Positions 1-10,620 of a stretch of DNA of 64,000 nt are shown here, in pieces. A program made the position numbers and the translations under genes. Below the pieces are notes generated by a model. The model searched no databases and had not been told where the DNA came from. It saw only the letters and a list, made by a program, of their open reading frames with translations. Position 1 is the first letter of the stretch. Each line of letters begins with the position of its first letter. Origin of the DNA: an uncultured delta proteobacterium (lineage in GTDB: Bacteria > Desulfobacterota > Desulfomonilia > UBA1062); assembly GCA_963752595.1 (NCBI GenBank), contig CAVVYZ010000013.1, positions 32,001-96,000 on the forward strand. The letters are read 5' to 3'.

Positions 1-650
1 CCCACCGAGCGGGGCCGTACCATCATGCCTTCGGCCCAGTGGTGGATCATGGTGAAGCTGAGCTTTGCATTCTTCTTGACAAAGAACTCGGAGACGCCGA
101 CGTGGAGCCCTTTGTTCACGTGCGATCCCGAGACGCACCCCGTGATGACATGCAGCTCGGAGTCCTCGCCCGCGATGATGAGGTTGTGGACGTTCTGGCT
201 CAATGCATCCTGGTGGAGATACAGGCAGGCCTGGACCGGGAAGGTGACCTTTGCCCCGGGCAGGGATCTGATCACATAGCCGTTGTGGAGGTCGGTGTAG
301 GCGAGCGATGTATACTTGTCCTGGTCAACGGGAACGAGCTTCCAGTAGTACTCGTTGACCCAGCGGAGTTTCAGGGCCTCCTTGATGGGCAGCACCTCCA
401 GGCCGTCCATGAGGGACGTGGCATAGATCGCGGTCGTATCTTTCTGGATATACGAGCCGGACCGGCCTTCCTCGCTCGTATCGACCCCGGCCTTGAGCAT
501 GGTGGATTTTTCCTCTTCGGGAAGATCTTCAGGGTTTTCCACCGGAAGATGGCACTCGCCTTCCGTACAGTAGGTATCGAGGTCGATATCAGGGCCATAG
601 GCGGCCTTCTTTTCTTTTGCCTCTTTCGCCTTCTTCTCTATCTCATGCAT
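1..650 (-). CDS. sufB: SufB/SufD-family Fe-S scaffold protein (SmsB-like), 3' end runs off the window
   Basis: Not in the ORF track. Manual translation from the ATG at 650 gives MHEIEKKAKEAKEKKAAYGPDIDLDTY...RSGSYIQKD, with the frame continuing toward position 1. The start overlaps the sufC stop. Confidence 0.8.
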   Translation of the reverse strand, partial: MHEIEKKAKEAKEKKAAYGPDIDLDTYCTEGECHLPVENPEDLPEEEKSTMLKAGVDTSEEGRSGSYIQKDTTAIYATSLMDGLEVLPIKEALKLRWVNEYYWKLVPVDQDKYTSLAYTDLHNGYVIRSLPGAKVTFPVQACLYLHQDALSQNVHNLIIAGEDSELHVITGCVSGSHVNKGLHVGVSEFFVKKNAKLSFTMIHHWAEGMMVRPRSV

Positions 651-1396
651 TTTATACACTCCTGATACCCGGCCTTGCTGATGGTCTGGAAGATTTCCTG
701 GGGATTGCCCCGGCAGGCCATGACGCCGTTGAACAGCACCTGCCCGCGGTCTGCGGGGACATAGTTGAGGATGTACCCGGTATGGGTGATGATGAGGCCC
801 ATCTTGTTCCTGTGGCGGTGCGCCTTTTTCCGGCTCATATCCGCGGGAGCGATAAAGTTGCGCTGGAGCATGCCGGCGATGCCGTTTCCGATGAGCGCGA
901 TATTCTCAATATCCACGCCTGATTCCGGTTCATCGAAGAGCATAAGATCGGGATTCTGCGCCATGAGCTGCAGAAGCTCCGAGCGTTTGATCTCGCCTCC
1001 GGAGAACCCTGCGTTGAGGTCTCGATCGAGGAAATCCGTGAAATTGACCCGGGCGGCGAGATCTTCCACATCCCGGCCGTCGTCACGGGCGCAGATCTTC
1101 ACCATGTCCCTTGTCTTGAGGCCATGGATGGTTGGCGGACGCTGGTAGGACATGCCGATGCCCAGCCTGGCCCGTTCGTCCACCGGCATATGGGTAATGT
1201 CATGTCCCTTGAAGCTGATCCTGCCCTCGGTTACCCGGTACTGGGGATAGCCCATAATGGTCATGAGCAGAGAGGTTTTGCCGGAGCCGTTTGGTCCGAA
1301 GAGGATATGCACCTCGCCGGTACCGATCTCCATGTCGACCCCTTTGAGGATCTCCTTGTCTCCAAGTACGACATGCAAGCCTTCGATTTTGAGCAT
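638..1396 (-). CDS. sufC: SufC-like Fe-S assembly ABC ATPase (SmsC-like)
   Basis: Walker A GPNGSGKT, FSGGEIKRSELLQL, DEPESGVD, ITHTG and a C-terminal CxxC (ECIKC). Start MLKIEG follows an AAGGAG RBS. Confidence 0.9.
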   Translation of the reverse strand: MLKIEGLHVVLGDKEILKGVDMEIGTGEVHILFGPNGSGKTSLLMTIMGYPQYRVTEGRISFKGHDITHMPVDERARLGIGMSYQRPPTIHGLKTRDMVKICARDDGRDVEDLAARVNFTDFLDRDLNAGFSGGEIKRSELLQLMAQNPDLMLFDEPESGVDIENIALIGNGIAGMLQRNFIAPADMSRKKAHRHRNKMGLIITHTGYILNYVPADRGQVLFNGVMACRGNPQEIFQTISKAGYQECIKCMR

Positions 1397-1840
1397 GGAA
1401 TACTCCTTACAGAGCTCCTTGAAATTACACACGACTCCAAGGGCGTCACTCTCCATACTAGAGTCTCGCAATACACAAATCAAGTATTATGAGAACGCAT
1501 TATTCCTGTTCATCAGGTATTATCCGCTCCGGATACTGATGGGAAAAGCCCTCCACCATGGCTTTCTCTGCAGTGTCACATGCCTGCAGTGATGCGCTTT
1601 TCCCAGGGTTCGAGCAGGTTTTTAGCGAAATACATTGATTTTAACTAACAGTTTATATTACATTATTCATATAAGTAAAGAAGATTGGTAGATTTATTTA
1701 TGGAAATTAAAACATGTTGCCGATAATGAAGAAGAAAAGCCGTCGGAGCCGGCATGTTTTTTTAATTACCGGGTATGAAAAAGGGTAGTGGAAGGCTTCC
1801 GGGGAATGGCGGCAATGAAATACAGAAAGAGGAGGAGTAA

Positions 1841-2116
1841 ATGACAAAGGCTGAATTAACGGACGTATTGGCAGGCAAAATCGGTATCACCAAATCAAAG
1901 GCATCCGATGCCGTGAACACGATCTTCAAGTCGATCACCGGCGCTCTCAAGAAGGGCGACAAGGTGACCCTGGTTGGTTTCGGCACGTTCGATGTCGTCA
2001 AGAGGGCGGCCCGGACGGGAATGAACCCCCAGACCAAGGAAAAGATCAAGATCAAGGCAAGCAAGGTTGCACGGTTCAAGGCGGGCAAGGCCCTGAAAGA
2101 TGCGGTAAAGAAGTAA
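1841..2116 (+). CDS. hup: DNA-binding protein HU
   Basis: MTKAEL...LVGFGTF..RAARTGMNPQT...FKAGKALKDAV, with a GGAGG RBS. Confidence 0.96.
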   Translation: MTKAELTDVLAGKIGITKSKASDAVNTIFKSITGALKKGDKVTLVGFGTFDVVKRAARTGMNPQTKEKIKIKASKVARFKAGKALKDAVKK

Positions 2117-2154
2117 GGATCGAAGCTGTCAGGGCTTGAACCCTGACCCATAAG

Positions 2155-2203
2155 AATACCTCAGCCGGTATCCCAATGGCCGGGCTGAGGTATTTTTTCT
2201 TTT
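2155..2203 (+). terminator. Intrinsic terminator after hup
   Basis: AATACCTCAGCC (2155-2166) pairs with GGCTGAGGTATT (2183-2194), followed by a T-tract. It lies between convergent genes. Confidence 0.8.
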
Positions 2204-2233
2204 TAAAAGAAGCAGGATCAGGAAACCAAAAAA

Positions 2234-2788
2234 TTAACGATGCCCCTTCCCCAGGAGCAGCGTCCACTCGATCAGGCTGTTGATGAGCTTTTCAACAAGG
2301 GCCTTTGTTTTGGCGTCAATGAGATCCCCTTCTGAATCGAATTTCGCCGATGCATCAGAGATCATGACCTCGGGCCTGCTCATTACGAACATATTCACGC
2401 CGTGGAGGATCTGCCGAAGATGGTATTGTGCCCGGGCAGTACCCAGCCTGCCGGGTGAGGCACCCATGATTGCGGCGGGCTTCCTTACCCAGGAGTTGTC
2501 GCCGTACGGCCGTGACCCCCAGTCAATGGCGTTCTTCAGCACCCCGGGCACGGAATAGTTGTACTCAGGGGTTGCAAAAAGCACTGCATCTGACGCGCGC
2601 ACCTTGGCTTTCAGCTCCCCTGCCCTGGCAGGGGGGTTATGCTCAGAATCCTGGTTGAAGGGAAGGATCCCTTCGAGGTCGAAGATATCGATCTCGATGC
2701 CTTCAGGGGCAAGGCCTCGGGCTGCACGCATGGCTGCCTTGTTGTAAGAGCCCTGCCTGAGACTGCCCGCAATGCCGAGTATGTTCAT
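2234..2788 (-). CDS. NAD(P)H-dependent FMN reductase (ChrR/YieF-like)
   Basis: GSLRQGSYN, TPEYNYSVPGVLKNAIDW, GTARAQYHLRQ. Confidence 0.93.
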   Translation of the reverse strand: MNILGIAGSLRQGSYNKAAMRAARGLAPEGIEIDIFDLEGILPFNQDSEHNPPARAGELKAKVRASDAVLFATPEYNYSVPGVLKNAIDWGSRPYGDNSWVRKPAAIMGASPGRLGTARAQYHLRQILHGVNMFVMSRPEVMISDASAKFDSEGDLIDAKTKALVEKLINSLIEWTLLLGKGHR

Positions 2789-2813
2789 TGTCCGCAGTAT
2801 GTTGCGGCCGTCT

Positions 2814-3485
2814 TTATTGCTGGGTGAGCGGGGCGAGCTCGAGCTCGACGCGCCTGTTCTGCCGGCGGCCTTCAGGGTTATCGTTGCTGGCTATCGGTCT
2901 GGCCTCGCCGAGACCCTGTGCTGCAACCCTCGTGGGATCGATGCCCTGGCTGATCAGGTACTGCCCTACGCTTGTCGCCCTCTGCTGGGAAAGGGTCTGG
3001 TTGTATGCATCGCTCCCTGTATTGTCCGTATGGCCGGTTATATTGATCAGTGTTTTGTTGTACTCCTTGAGCACCTTTGCGACGGAATTGAGCACATCGA
3101 AGAAACCCGAATTGATTTCAGCACTGTTGGTCTGGAAGGTGATATTGCTGGGCATTTTGAGGATGAGGCGGTCCCCTTCGCGGACAACGCCCACGCCGGT
3201 ATTCGCGAGCTGCTGTCTCAAGATCGCCTCCTGGCGATCCATATATACGCCTGTTGCACCCCCGGCAAGGGCTCCGACACCCGCTCCGATGAGTGCCCTT
3301 TTCCGGCGCTGCTCGCTGTCTCTCCCGGTAGCCGCGCCCGCCGCAGCACCTGCTGCCCCGCCGATAACGGAGCCCCATACAGCCTTGCGCGTCTGCCGTT
3401 CTCCGGTATACGGGTTGGTGGTGCATGACTGCAGTGCAACAGCTCCCATTATGAAGAATATGAGCAAGAATGAAGCCTTTTTCAT
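2814..3485 (-). CDS. OmpA-family lipoprotein with glycine zipper (YiaD-like)
   Basis: Lipoprotein-like LQSC, GAAAGA zipper, GHTDNTG, LSQQRA, GRRQNRRVEL. Start MKKASF chosen for its GGAGG RBS. Confidence 0.92.
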   Translation of the reverse strand: MKKASFLLIFFIMGAVALQSCTTNPYTGERQTRKAVWGSVIGGAAGAAAGAATGRDSEQRRKRALIGAGVGALAGGATGVYMDRQEAILRQQLANTGVGVVREGDRLILKMPSNITFQTNSAEINSGFFDVLNSVAKVLKEYNKTLINITGHTDNTGSDAYNQTLSQQRATSVGQYLISQGIDPTRVAAQGLGEARPIASNDNPEGRRQNRRVELELAPLTQQ

Positions 3486-3739
3486 GGTACTTCCCTCCGT
3501 CGTATGGTTTTTGCCCCTGGAATGTCCCGGCTCACGAAGGGGGCGGTTGTCAAGCATCCTCTTTCGTGAATCCGTAATTCACTTAATGCTAAGATAATGC
3601 TCGCTGCCGCACCTCTCAAGGATGAGGATGCTTCCCGAAGAAAAGGATGCTCCATCGAGGCTTAGACATAGGGACTTGACGATAGGCCGGATGTTCCTCA
3701 CGTTCAATGAAGGGATGGTTGTCAGGGCAAGCTTCCAGC

Positions 3740-6487
3740 CTACTTGACGGACTCAATCCTGGTGTCGAGGACGGAACGGACAGCTTTAAGCATGTCGTAC
3801 ATCGTGTAGGGCTTCTGAAGGAAAGGATGTTCGTGAACCTCGATCATCTTGGTCTGTGATTTTTCATCCATGTATCCGCTTGTCATCAGCACCCTCACGT
3901 CCGGCTTTTCCTTGAGGAACACTTCCACGAGATCGAGGCCGTTTCTGTCGGGGAGCACCACATCGCTGAACACGAGGGCGAGATGATCTTTATGCCGAGA
4001 AAATACATTGTGCGCTTCCGCGGAGCTGCCGACGGGAAAAACTCCGTACCCATGGCTCGTGAGCGCCGTGCCTGCGAATTCCAGGACGCCAGGGTCATCT
4101 TCCACGATGAGGATCTTCTCTCCTCGTCCGCGCAAATCCTCGAAGGAAATCTTTTCTTGCCCATCGGATTGCGGCCTTATGGTGACTGCAGGGAAAAATG
4201 TTTTGAATACCGTGCCTTCATCCGGTTTGCTCTCGACGACGATCCATCCCTTGTGATGTTTTATGATGCCGTACACGACGGCCAGTCCGAGCCCGGTGCC
4301 TTTCCCTGCCTCCTTGGTCGTGAAGAAGGGTTCAAAGATGCGCTTCTGGGTTTCGCCGTCCATTCCCACCCCGGTATCCGTAATGGCGAGGCATACGAAT
4401 TGCCCGGTTCTGGCAAATGGATATATCCTTGTATACGCTTCATCGATAATGACATTTTCTGTGTTAATGACGATGTCGCCGCCGTCGGGCATGGCATCGC
4501 GTGCATTGATGACAAGATTCATGATCACCTGCTCGATGCTGCCCCTGTCTGCCATGACCGACCAGAGGGCAGGTTTCTTCTCAACCTTGGTGGTGATATT
4601 CTCACCGATGAGGCGTTCGATGATCTTGAGGATATTGTCCACCGATGCATTCAGATCGATCGGGATGGATTCCATGGGCTGCTTCCTGCTGAAGAGCAGA
4701 AGCTGCCGTGTCAGGTCGGATGCACGGACGGCCGCGTTTTCGATGAGCTTGAGGCTTCGCCTCATGGGGCTTGTTTCCGGTGTCGTGAGCAGGCAGAGAT
4801 CCAGCGAGCCACGGATGGCGGTCAGGATGTTGTTGAAGTCGTGGGCAATACCCCCGGCCAGGGTGCCCACTGCTTCGATCCTCTGGATCTGCTGGATCTG
4901 TGATTCCAGCTCCTTCCGTTCGGTGATGTCTTTGAGGATTCCCTCGACCCCGGTTACCCGGCCCAGGTAATCGGTAGTAGGGGTACCGCAGATGATGAAA
5001 TACCGCAAGGTGCCGTCTTTATGGAGGAGAGCGCCGTTGTAATCCAGGAGTATCTGCTTGTCATCACGGATCTTCTTGAAGATGCGGATATAATCTGCCG
5101 CGTGCTCCTTCCGTACAAGGAAAAGGAACTCTTTTCCGATAATTTCATCCCTGCTGTACCCGAGGATATCCTCGATGGCAGGATTGACATAGGTGATGTA
5201 GCCGTCGTGCCCCATGCTCAAGATGATATCCGGTGCATTTTCGGTCAAAGACCTGAACCGCTCTTCGCTCTGCCTTAAGGCCTCCTCGGATCTCCTGTGC
5301 TCCTGGATCTCGGCGCGGAGCGTATCGCTGTACTGCTGCAGCTCCCTCATGAAGGTGTTGAAGTAATGGCCGAGCCGGCCGATTTCATCCCGCGACGATT
5401 CCTCCATCCGTACGGTAAAGTCACCGGTAGCGCCTGTATCGAAGTGCTTCATGAGCCTCTGCAGGGGGTTCGTGATGGACGAGCTTATCCAGAGCGTCAT
5501 GGCGAGCATGATTGCCATGGCTACGAAAGCGATCATGATGATAATATTCCTGATCCGTTCGAGGGGTTCATAAAATTCATCGAGGTACCCGGATGATGCG
5601 ATGATCCAGTCAAGCTCCGGGATATAGTTGAGGATGACGATTTTCTTCCTTAGCCTGGATTCTTCCGGGTTCTGCCAGTCGTAGATAATCTTCCCGGTCT
5701 TCTGCTTGACGATTCTCATGGCAGTGAATCGCTGGTCGGCGTCTTTGATATCATAGACAGATCCTTTGAGTAAAGGGTGGATGATGATGTTTGCCTTACT
5801 GTCGAATACGAATGAATACCCGGTCTTGCCGAATCGTAAGTTCAGGATGCTTTCACGGAAATCCTCTACGTTTACGAGGTCTGCAAACTCCTCGCAATAG
5901 GATGAAACCGAAATGATCCAGTCCCAGGGCATGAAATCCGTCATATAGAGTGCCTTGGGTCGAGGGGTGGGTTCTCCGGGGTTCCTCCAGTCATACGTGA
6001 GGTACCCTTCCTTTCTTCTTATCTGCTCCTGGACAAAAGCGCGGTAGGAAAAGTTATGCCCTTCAACACCTTTGTCTTTATGAACTACTGCAACCCCGTT
6101 GCTGTTCACGCAATAGATGTAGCCGGTCTTCCCGATCTTCTGGGAGAGCAGGATATTCCTGGCCTGCTGTTTTGCTTCATTTTCAGTGAGCTTGCCTGCC
6201 TGATGCTGCTGGTAAAAATATTCGACGATCTCTTTGTTTCTCAATGCTATGGCACGGAGATGATTCCTTATAGAAATGTCCGCCGATGCCCTGACCATGG
6301 TGAGGATCGTGGAGGTGGAATTTTTGAGCTTGTTTTCTATGCCCGATTCGATGACGCCCCTTACCAGGTAATGGATCGATACGCTCGCTGAAACGATGAT
6401 GAAGACGAATATGACTCCATACCCTGCAAGCAGTTTAGAGCGAATAGATGTCTTCCTTGATGGAGATAGCATAGTCAAGCTCCTCAT
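3740..6487 (-). CDS. Hybrid sensor histidine kinase (2x Cache, HAMP, PAS, HisKA, HATPase, REC)
   Basis: Two GKTGY...YDWxNP Cache repeats between TM helices, AHDFNNILT, FFTTKEAGKGTGLGL, and receiver motifs VEDD/SDVVLP/QKP. Confidence 0.93.
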   Translation of the reverse strand: MRSLTMLSPSRKTSIRSKLLAGYGVIFVFIIVSASVSIHYLVRGVIESGIENKLKNSTSTILTMVRASADISIRNHLRAIALRNKEIVEYFYQQHQAGKLTENEAKQQARNILLSQKIGKTGYIYCVNSNGVAVVHKDKGVEGHNFSYRAFVQEQIRRKEGYLTYDWRNPGEPTPRPKALYMTDFMPWDWIISVSSYCEEFADLVNVEDFRESILNLRFGKTGYSFVFDSKANIIIHPLLKGSVYDIKDADQRFTAMRIVKQKTGKIIYDWQNPEESRLRKKIVILNYIPELDWIIASSGYLDEFYEPLERIRNIIIMIAFVAMAIMLAMTLWISSSITNPLQRLMKHFDTGATGDFTVRMEESSRDEIGRLGHYFNTFMRELQQYSDTLRAEIQEHRRSEEALRQSEERFRSLTENAPDIILSMGHDGYITYVNPAIEDILGYSRDEIIGKEFLFLVRKEHAADYIRIFKKIRDDKQILLDYNGALLHKDGTLRYFIICGTPTTDYLGRVTGVEGILKDITERKELESQIQQIQRIEAVGTLAGGIAHDFNNILTAIRGSLDLCLLTTPETSPMRRSLKLIENAAVRASDLTRQLLLFSRKQPMESIPIDLNASVDNILKIIERLIGENITTKVEKKPALWSVMADRGSIEQVIMNLVINARDAMPDGGDIVINTENVIIDEAYTRIYPFARTGQFVCLAITDTGVGMDGETQKRIFEPFFTTKEAGKGTGLGLAVVYGIIKHHKGWIVVESKPDEGTVFKTFFPAVTIRPQSDGQEKISFEDLRGRGEKILIVEDDPGVLEFAGTALTSHGYGVFPVGSSAEAHNVFSRHKDHLALVFSDVVLPDRNGLDLVEVFLKEKPDVRVLMTSGYMDEKSQTKMIEVHEHPFLQKPYTMYDMLKAVRSVLDTRIESVK

Positions 6488-6597
6488 CTATCTCTCGGTA
6501 AAGCTTCATTTATTCTTGAAAGAATGAGGCCGTTCCCAAGAAAGGAGCATGATATCCTTGATTACGAACCGGTCTTTACGGCTTTGGTGAGGGAAGC

Positions 6598-8028
6598 TCA
6601 AGTTCCCGATGCGCTCTCCCGCGGGAGGATCACGGTAAAGATGCTTCCTTTGTGCAAAGAACTCCGGACAGATACCGAGCCTCCGAATGCCTCTGCAATG
6701 GCCTTGACCAGGCTCAGGCCGAGACCGATCCCCGGCTCGGACCTGCTTGCATCGCAACGGTAGAACCTCTCGAATACCTTGGGGATGTCGGATGGCGGTA
6801 TACCGACACCGGTATCTTCAAAGATCATGGAGACAGTGCCGCCATGGTCCTCGATTTTTATCCGGATGGACCCTCCTGGAAGGGTATACTTGATGGCGTT
6901 ATCGAGCAGATTGGTAATAATCCTCTGGATTTTTGACTTATCGCTCTGTATGGTCACTGAACGGGGGACCTCTGCGGAGAGCCGGAGAGATTTTTCCTGG
7001 GCTATCGATTGGAACAGGTTGCATGCATTCAGGGTCAGCCTGCTCACATCCACATTCTCTGGATGCATCTCCCCAACCCCGGCTTCTGTCTCGGCAATAT
7101 CCAGCATGGTATTGATCATGACGATGAGGTTGTCGCATTCTTCAATGGTGGTGACAGCCATGTCTTCATAATCCTTATCCGAGCCCCTTGCCATGAGCGT
7201 TGTTTCGGCAATGCCCCGGATGCGGGTCAACGGGCTCCTGAGGTCGTGGGCGATATTGTCGGTGACCTCTTTCATCCCCTGGATAAGTGTCTGGAGACGG
7301 TCCACCATTTTATTAAAGGAGTCGGCAAGCCGATCGATTTCTATGGACCTGTGTCGGACATCAACCCTTTTGTGGTATGCCCCTTCGGATATCTCGCCGG
7401 CTATGCGGGATACCTCGTCGACCCCGGAAAGAGCCCTCTGTGCCATGAACCAGCCGACGATCGCCGCAAACAGGAACACGGGGAGCAGGAGACGGAAGAT
7501 CAGCTTTCGGAAAACGTGGAGGTACCGTTCGTTGCTCTCCAGAGAAACGCCGATCTGCATGACGAGCGAAGGACCGATACGGCTGTACACCATACGTGTC
7601 TCATGCTTCTGCCCGGGGAGCTTCATGGTGAGGAATACGGGCTTTCGGTCAGCGAAGGATTGCAGGAAATGCTCATACGAGACATCGATCGGCCCCCACG
7701 AAGCCATGTTAGAGGATGCAAGGACTTGCCCGTTTTCCGAGATCAGGCGAAAGAAGACGTTGTGCGGGCCCTCGGATGCAGACTCCAGTTTCATTCCCCG
7801 CTCCACCTGTTCCCTGCCGTTCTCCTTGAACAGTTCCGTGAATTCGGACAGCTCGCTGGAAATGTCCCGATCGGTGTTCCTCACCGTTAAATGCTCCATA
7901 CGCACGGAGAAGATCATGAGAACCAGCAGTGATGAAACCGTAAAGATGAGCGCGTAGCCGAGGGTGAGGCGGAATGACAGAGATTTCCTGATATTATGGA
8001 TTCTTTCTAAGAACATACCCGACTCCAC
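6598..8028 (-). CDS. Membrane sensor histidine kinase (HAMP-HisKA-HATPase)
   Basis: AHDLRSPL, NLLDNAIKY, DTGVGI, GIGLGL and two TM segments. Confidence 0.93.
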   Translation of the reverse strand: MESGMFLERIHNIRKSLSFRLTLGYALIFTVSSLLVLMIFSVRMEHLTVRNTDRDISSELSEFTELFKENGREQVERGMKLESASEGPHNVFFRLISENGQVLASSNMASWGPIDVSYEHFLQSFADRKPVFLTMKLPGQKHETRMVYSRIGPSLVMQIGVSLESNERYLHVFRKLIFRLLLPVFLFAAIVGWFMAQRALSGVDEVSRIAGEISEGAYHKRVDVRHRSIEIDRLADSFNKMVDRLQTLIQGMKEVTDNIAHDLRSPLTRIRGIAETTLMARGSDKDYEDMAVTTIEECDNLIVMINTMLDIAETEAGVGEMHPENVDVSRLTLNACNLFQSIAQEKSLRLSAEVPRSVTIQSDKSKIQRIITNLLDNAIKYTLPGGSIRIKIEDHGGTVSMIFEDTGVGIPPSDIPKVFERFYRCDASRSEPGIGLGLSLVKAIAEAFGGSVSVRSSLHKGSIFTVILPRESASGT

Positions 8029-8671
8029 GGATCGTATGGATAAGCTTTGTATCGAAGTTCCTGTCGACCTTGTCTCTTAAGTAGCAGATCTTCGATTCCA
8101 CGATATTGGTGCCCGGGTTGAAATTATAATCCCACACATGCTCGATGATCATTGTCTTTGACACGATATGGCCGGCATTGCGCATAAGATATTCGAGAAG
8201 AGAGAACTCCAGGGGTTTGAGGTCGATCTCTTGGCCGGATCTTTCCACCTTTCTGGTCAGGATGTTCATGGTCAGGTTCTCGACGGAGAGGGTTGAAGGG
8301 TTCGAGAGCTTGTTCGCCCTCCTGATCAGGGCATGAATCCGTGCCAGGAGTTCCGAGAAAGAAAACGGCTTTACCAGGTAATCGTCGCTTCCCACGTTGA
8401 GCCCTTTGATCCTGTCATCGACCGAGCGCTTTGCGCTGAGGATGATAACAGGGAAATTCACTTCCCTCCTTCGTATTTCTTCTATCATGGCCAGGCCGTC
8501 GAGCTTCGGCAGCATGATGTCCACTATCGCAAGGTCGTAAGGGTTGGTGAGCGAAAAGTGCAGGCCGTCTTCGCCATTGTCGGCATGATCCACCGCAAAG
8601 CCCGCCTCCTTCAACCCTTTTATCATGAAGAGGGCAATCTTCCGGTCATCTTCTACCAAGAGCAGACGCAT
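7994..8671 (-). CDS. OmpR/CusR-family response regulator
   Basis: LLVEDD, DIMLP, DDYLVKPF, HTIRGVGY. Confidence 0.95.
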   Translation of the reverse strand: MRLLLVEDDRKIALFMIKGLKEAGFAVDHADNGEDGLHFSLTNPYDLAIVDIMLPKLDGLAMIEEIRRREVNFPVIILSAKRSVDDRIKGLNVGSDDYLVKPFSFSELLARIHALIRRANKLSNPSTLSVENLTMNILTRKVERSGQEIDLKPLEFSLLEYLMRNAGHIVSKTMIIEHVWDYNFNPGTNIVESKICYLRDKVDRNFDTKLIHTIRGVGYVLRKNP

Positions 8672-8873
8672 ATTGTTGCTTTCTCCCGTGACAGGTGTAA
8701 TAAGGCTTTCCGCCGATCTGCCGTCCCATCTCTTCCCCGATGTCGATCGAGGATACTATTAATGACATCATTTTTGAAATATTTGAAACATATTTTCTTC
8801 AGCTCAATCGAAACACCGGATCTAACCTGGTGCAAGCTTCTTTGTGTCCCCGATAGAAGCACGGCACGGGCAA

Positions 8874-8915
8874 AGATTATAAAAAAATAATGTGTATGTA
8901 ATCTTTATATAATCT
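8874..8915. promoter_or_regulatory. Putative OmpR-family binding site (11-bp-phased direct repeats)
   Basis: ATAATGT (8887), GTAATCT (8898) and ATAATCT (8909) are spaced 11 bp apart, with an inverted copy AGATTAT at 8874. The site lies between the regulator and the divergent ArnT-like gene. Confidence 0.55.
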
Positions 8916-8916
8916 G

Positions 8917-10617
8917 ATGTGTTCTATCAATGTCCCTGACTGCAACAGGTACATGCAGAAGAATCAGGCAGCTATGGAGAACAGAGACGTGCATCACACA
9001 GGGGATATGGGTTCGTTTTCGGGCAAAACGATCACCATCACAGCACTCCTTCTCCTGGTTCTTTTTCTTCTTCCGGGGATCAACCACGGTTTATGGGGGC
9101 CTGATGAGCCGAGGGAGGCAGGAATATGCTCGGCAATGGTCCGGACCGGCGAGTATCTGATCCCAAGGCTCAACGGAAAGCCGTTCCTTGAAAAGCCACC
9201 CCTCTATTACATTGTGGCAGCGTCCATCGGGTCGCTGATTAAGACTGACAACGGAGTCCCTTACCGCCTGGCATCGCTTTTTTTCGGAGCCCTTACCCTG
9301 CTTGTCGCTTTCTCTCTGGTATCGAGGCATTACGGCCGCACCGCCGGATTGATCGCTGCAGGCATTCTTGCAAGCTCCTGGGGTTTTTTCAAGCTGTCGA
9401 GATGGGTCCTGGTGGATATATCCCTGGTCTTCTCGATCACTCTTTGCCTGTCCGCATATCTTGAATTCCGGAAAAGAGAATCTCTTCAAGCTGTGATCGT
9501 TTTTGGGCTGGGGCTCGGGACCTCGTTTATGGCAAAGGGTCTTATCGGGCCGGCTATTGTTGCATCGGCAGTTCTCATGGACACAGTCATGATGAAGGAT
9601 TTTAGCATCATCCGGAGATTGCGGCTCCAACTTGCCCTCCTGATCATGTTTGCCACAACCGTCCCCTGGATTGTCTATCTCTATGCCCATGGTGGATGGC
9701 CTTTTGTGCGTGAGGTTATCGTGGTAAACGGCATCATGAGGTTTACCGGTGCACCGGAAGGTGCAGCCCTTGGGCATCAGCATGGTATGACCTACTACCT
9801 GAGCCTTTTTCCGGAAATTTTTCTCCCCTGGACACTCCTGTTCATCCCTGCGCTGATATCAGCAGTCCGAAAATACAGGGATAATCCCTTCCTGGCATGG
9901 TTTGCGGGGCCATTTATCCTGATATGCATCGCATCAACGAAGAGAGGAATCTACCTGGTGCCTCTTTTCCCTGCAGCTGCAGCCATTACCGCCTTATGGC
10001 TGTGCAGCACGCCGAAGAAGAAGTGGGAGCTGTACTGCATCAATGCGGGATGGGCTTCGGCCTTGGGTGCATGCCTGCTGCCCCTTGCCGGGATCTTCTA
10101 TGGGAGAGCGCTGCTCGGGCTCACAGCCTCAATACCCGGCATGATCATCCTGTTTCTTGTCATCAGGAAACGTATCGCTGTCCCGGCCCCCCTTCATCTC
10201 GTCGTGGTGATGTTCATCGGGGTGATCATGAGCATGACGGTATTTTTCAGCATCATGACACCAAGGGAAGACTACTTAAGCTTTGCACGGGAAGCTATAG
10301 TGCTGGCTCAAGGGAGAGACATCCGGGTGAGCGGAGGAGACGAGCTTTTCCGGGGCCTCATCCCCATGTTTACCGGAAAGACATGTCATGAGGCAGATCT
10401 GTCGGGGATTCTTGGAAGCGGCATCTATATCTGGCGGGCATCCGACATCGGAAAACCACCGGCGGTCTTGAATGAGTCCTGTATCAAAGTGATGCTTGAA
10501 AAGAGGATCGGCTCAAAAAAAGCAGTAATGGCACAGGTGATGCCGTGCCGGACCGGGATGCTTCCTTTTCGCGAGGGTTTCCCTCAGTCATCGAACGAAA
10601 GAGAACACACCCTTTAA
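8917..10617 (+). CDS. ArnT/PMT-family (GT-C fold) glycosyltransferase
   Basis: LWGPDEPREA, FLEKPPLYY, KGLIG and many TM helices. The true start may lie slightly downstream. Confidence 0.88.
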   Translation: MCSINVPDCNRYMQKNQAAMENRDVHHTGDMGSFSGKTITITALLLLVLFLLPGINHGLWGPDEPREAGICSAMVRTGEYLIPRLNGKPFLEKPPLYYIVAASIGSLIKTDNGVPYRLASLFFGALTLLVAFSLVSRHYGRTAGLIAAGILASSWGFFKLSRWVLVDISLVFSITLCLSAYLEFRKRESLQAVIVFGLGLGTSFMAKGLIGPAIVASAVLMDTVMMKDFSIIRRLRLQLALLIMFATTVPWIVYLYAHGGWPFVREVIVVNGIMRFTGAPEGAALGHQHGMTYYLSLFPEIFLPWTLLFIPALISAVRKYRDNPFLAWFAGPFILICIASTKRGIYLVPLFPAAAAITALWLCSTPKKKWELYCINAGWASALGACLLPLAGIFYGRALLGLTASIPGMIILFLVIRKRIAVPAPLHLVVVMFIGVIMSMTVFFSIMTPREDYLSFAREAIVLAQGRDIRVSGGDELFRGLIPMFTGKTCHEADLSGILGSGIYIWRASDIGKPPAVLNESCIKVMLEKRIGSKKAVMAQVMPCRTGMLPFREGFPQSSNEREHTL

Positions 10618-10620
10618 TCT

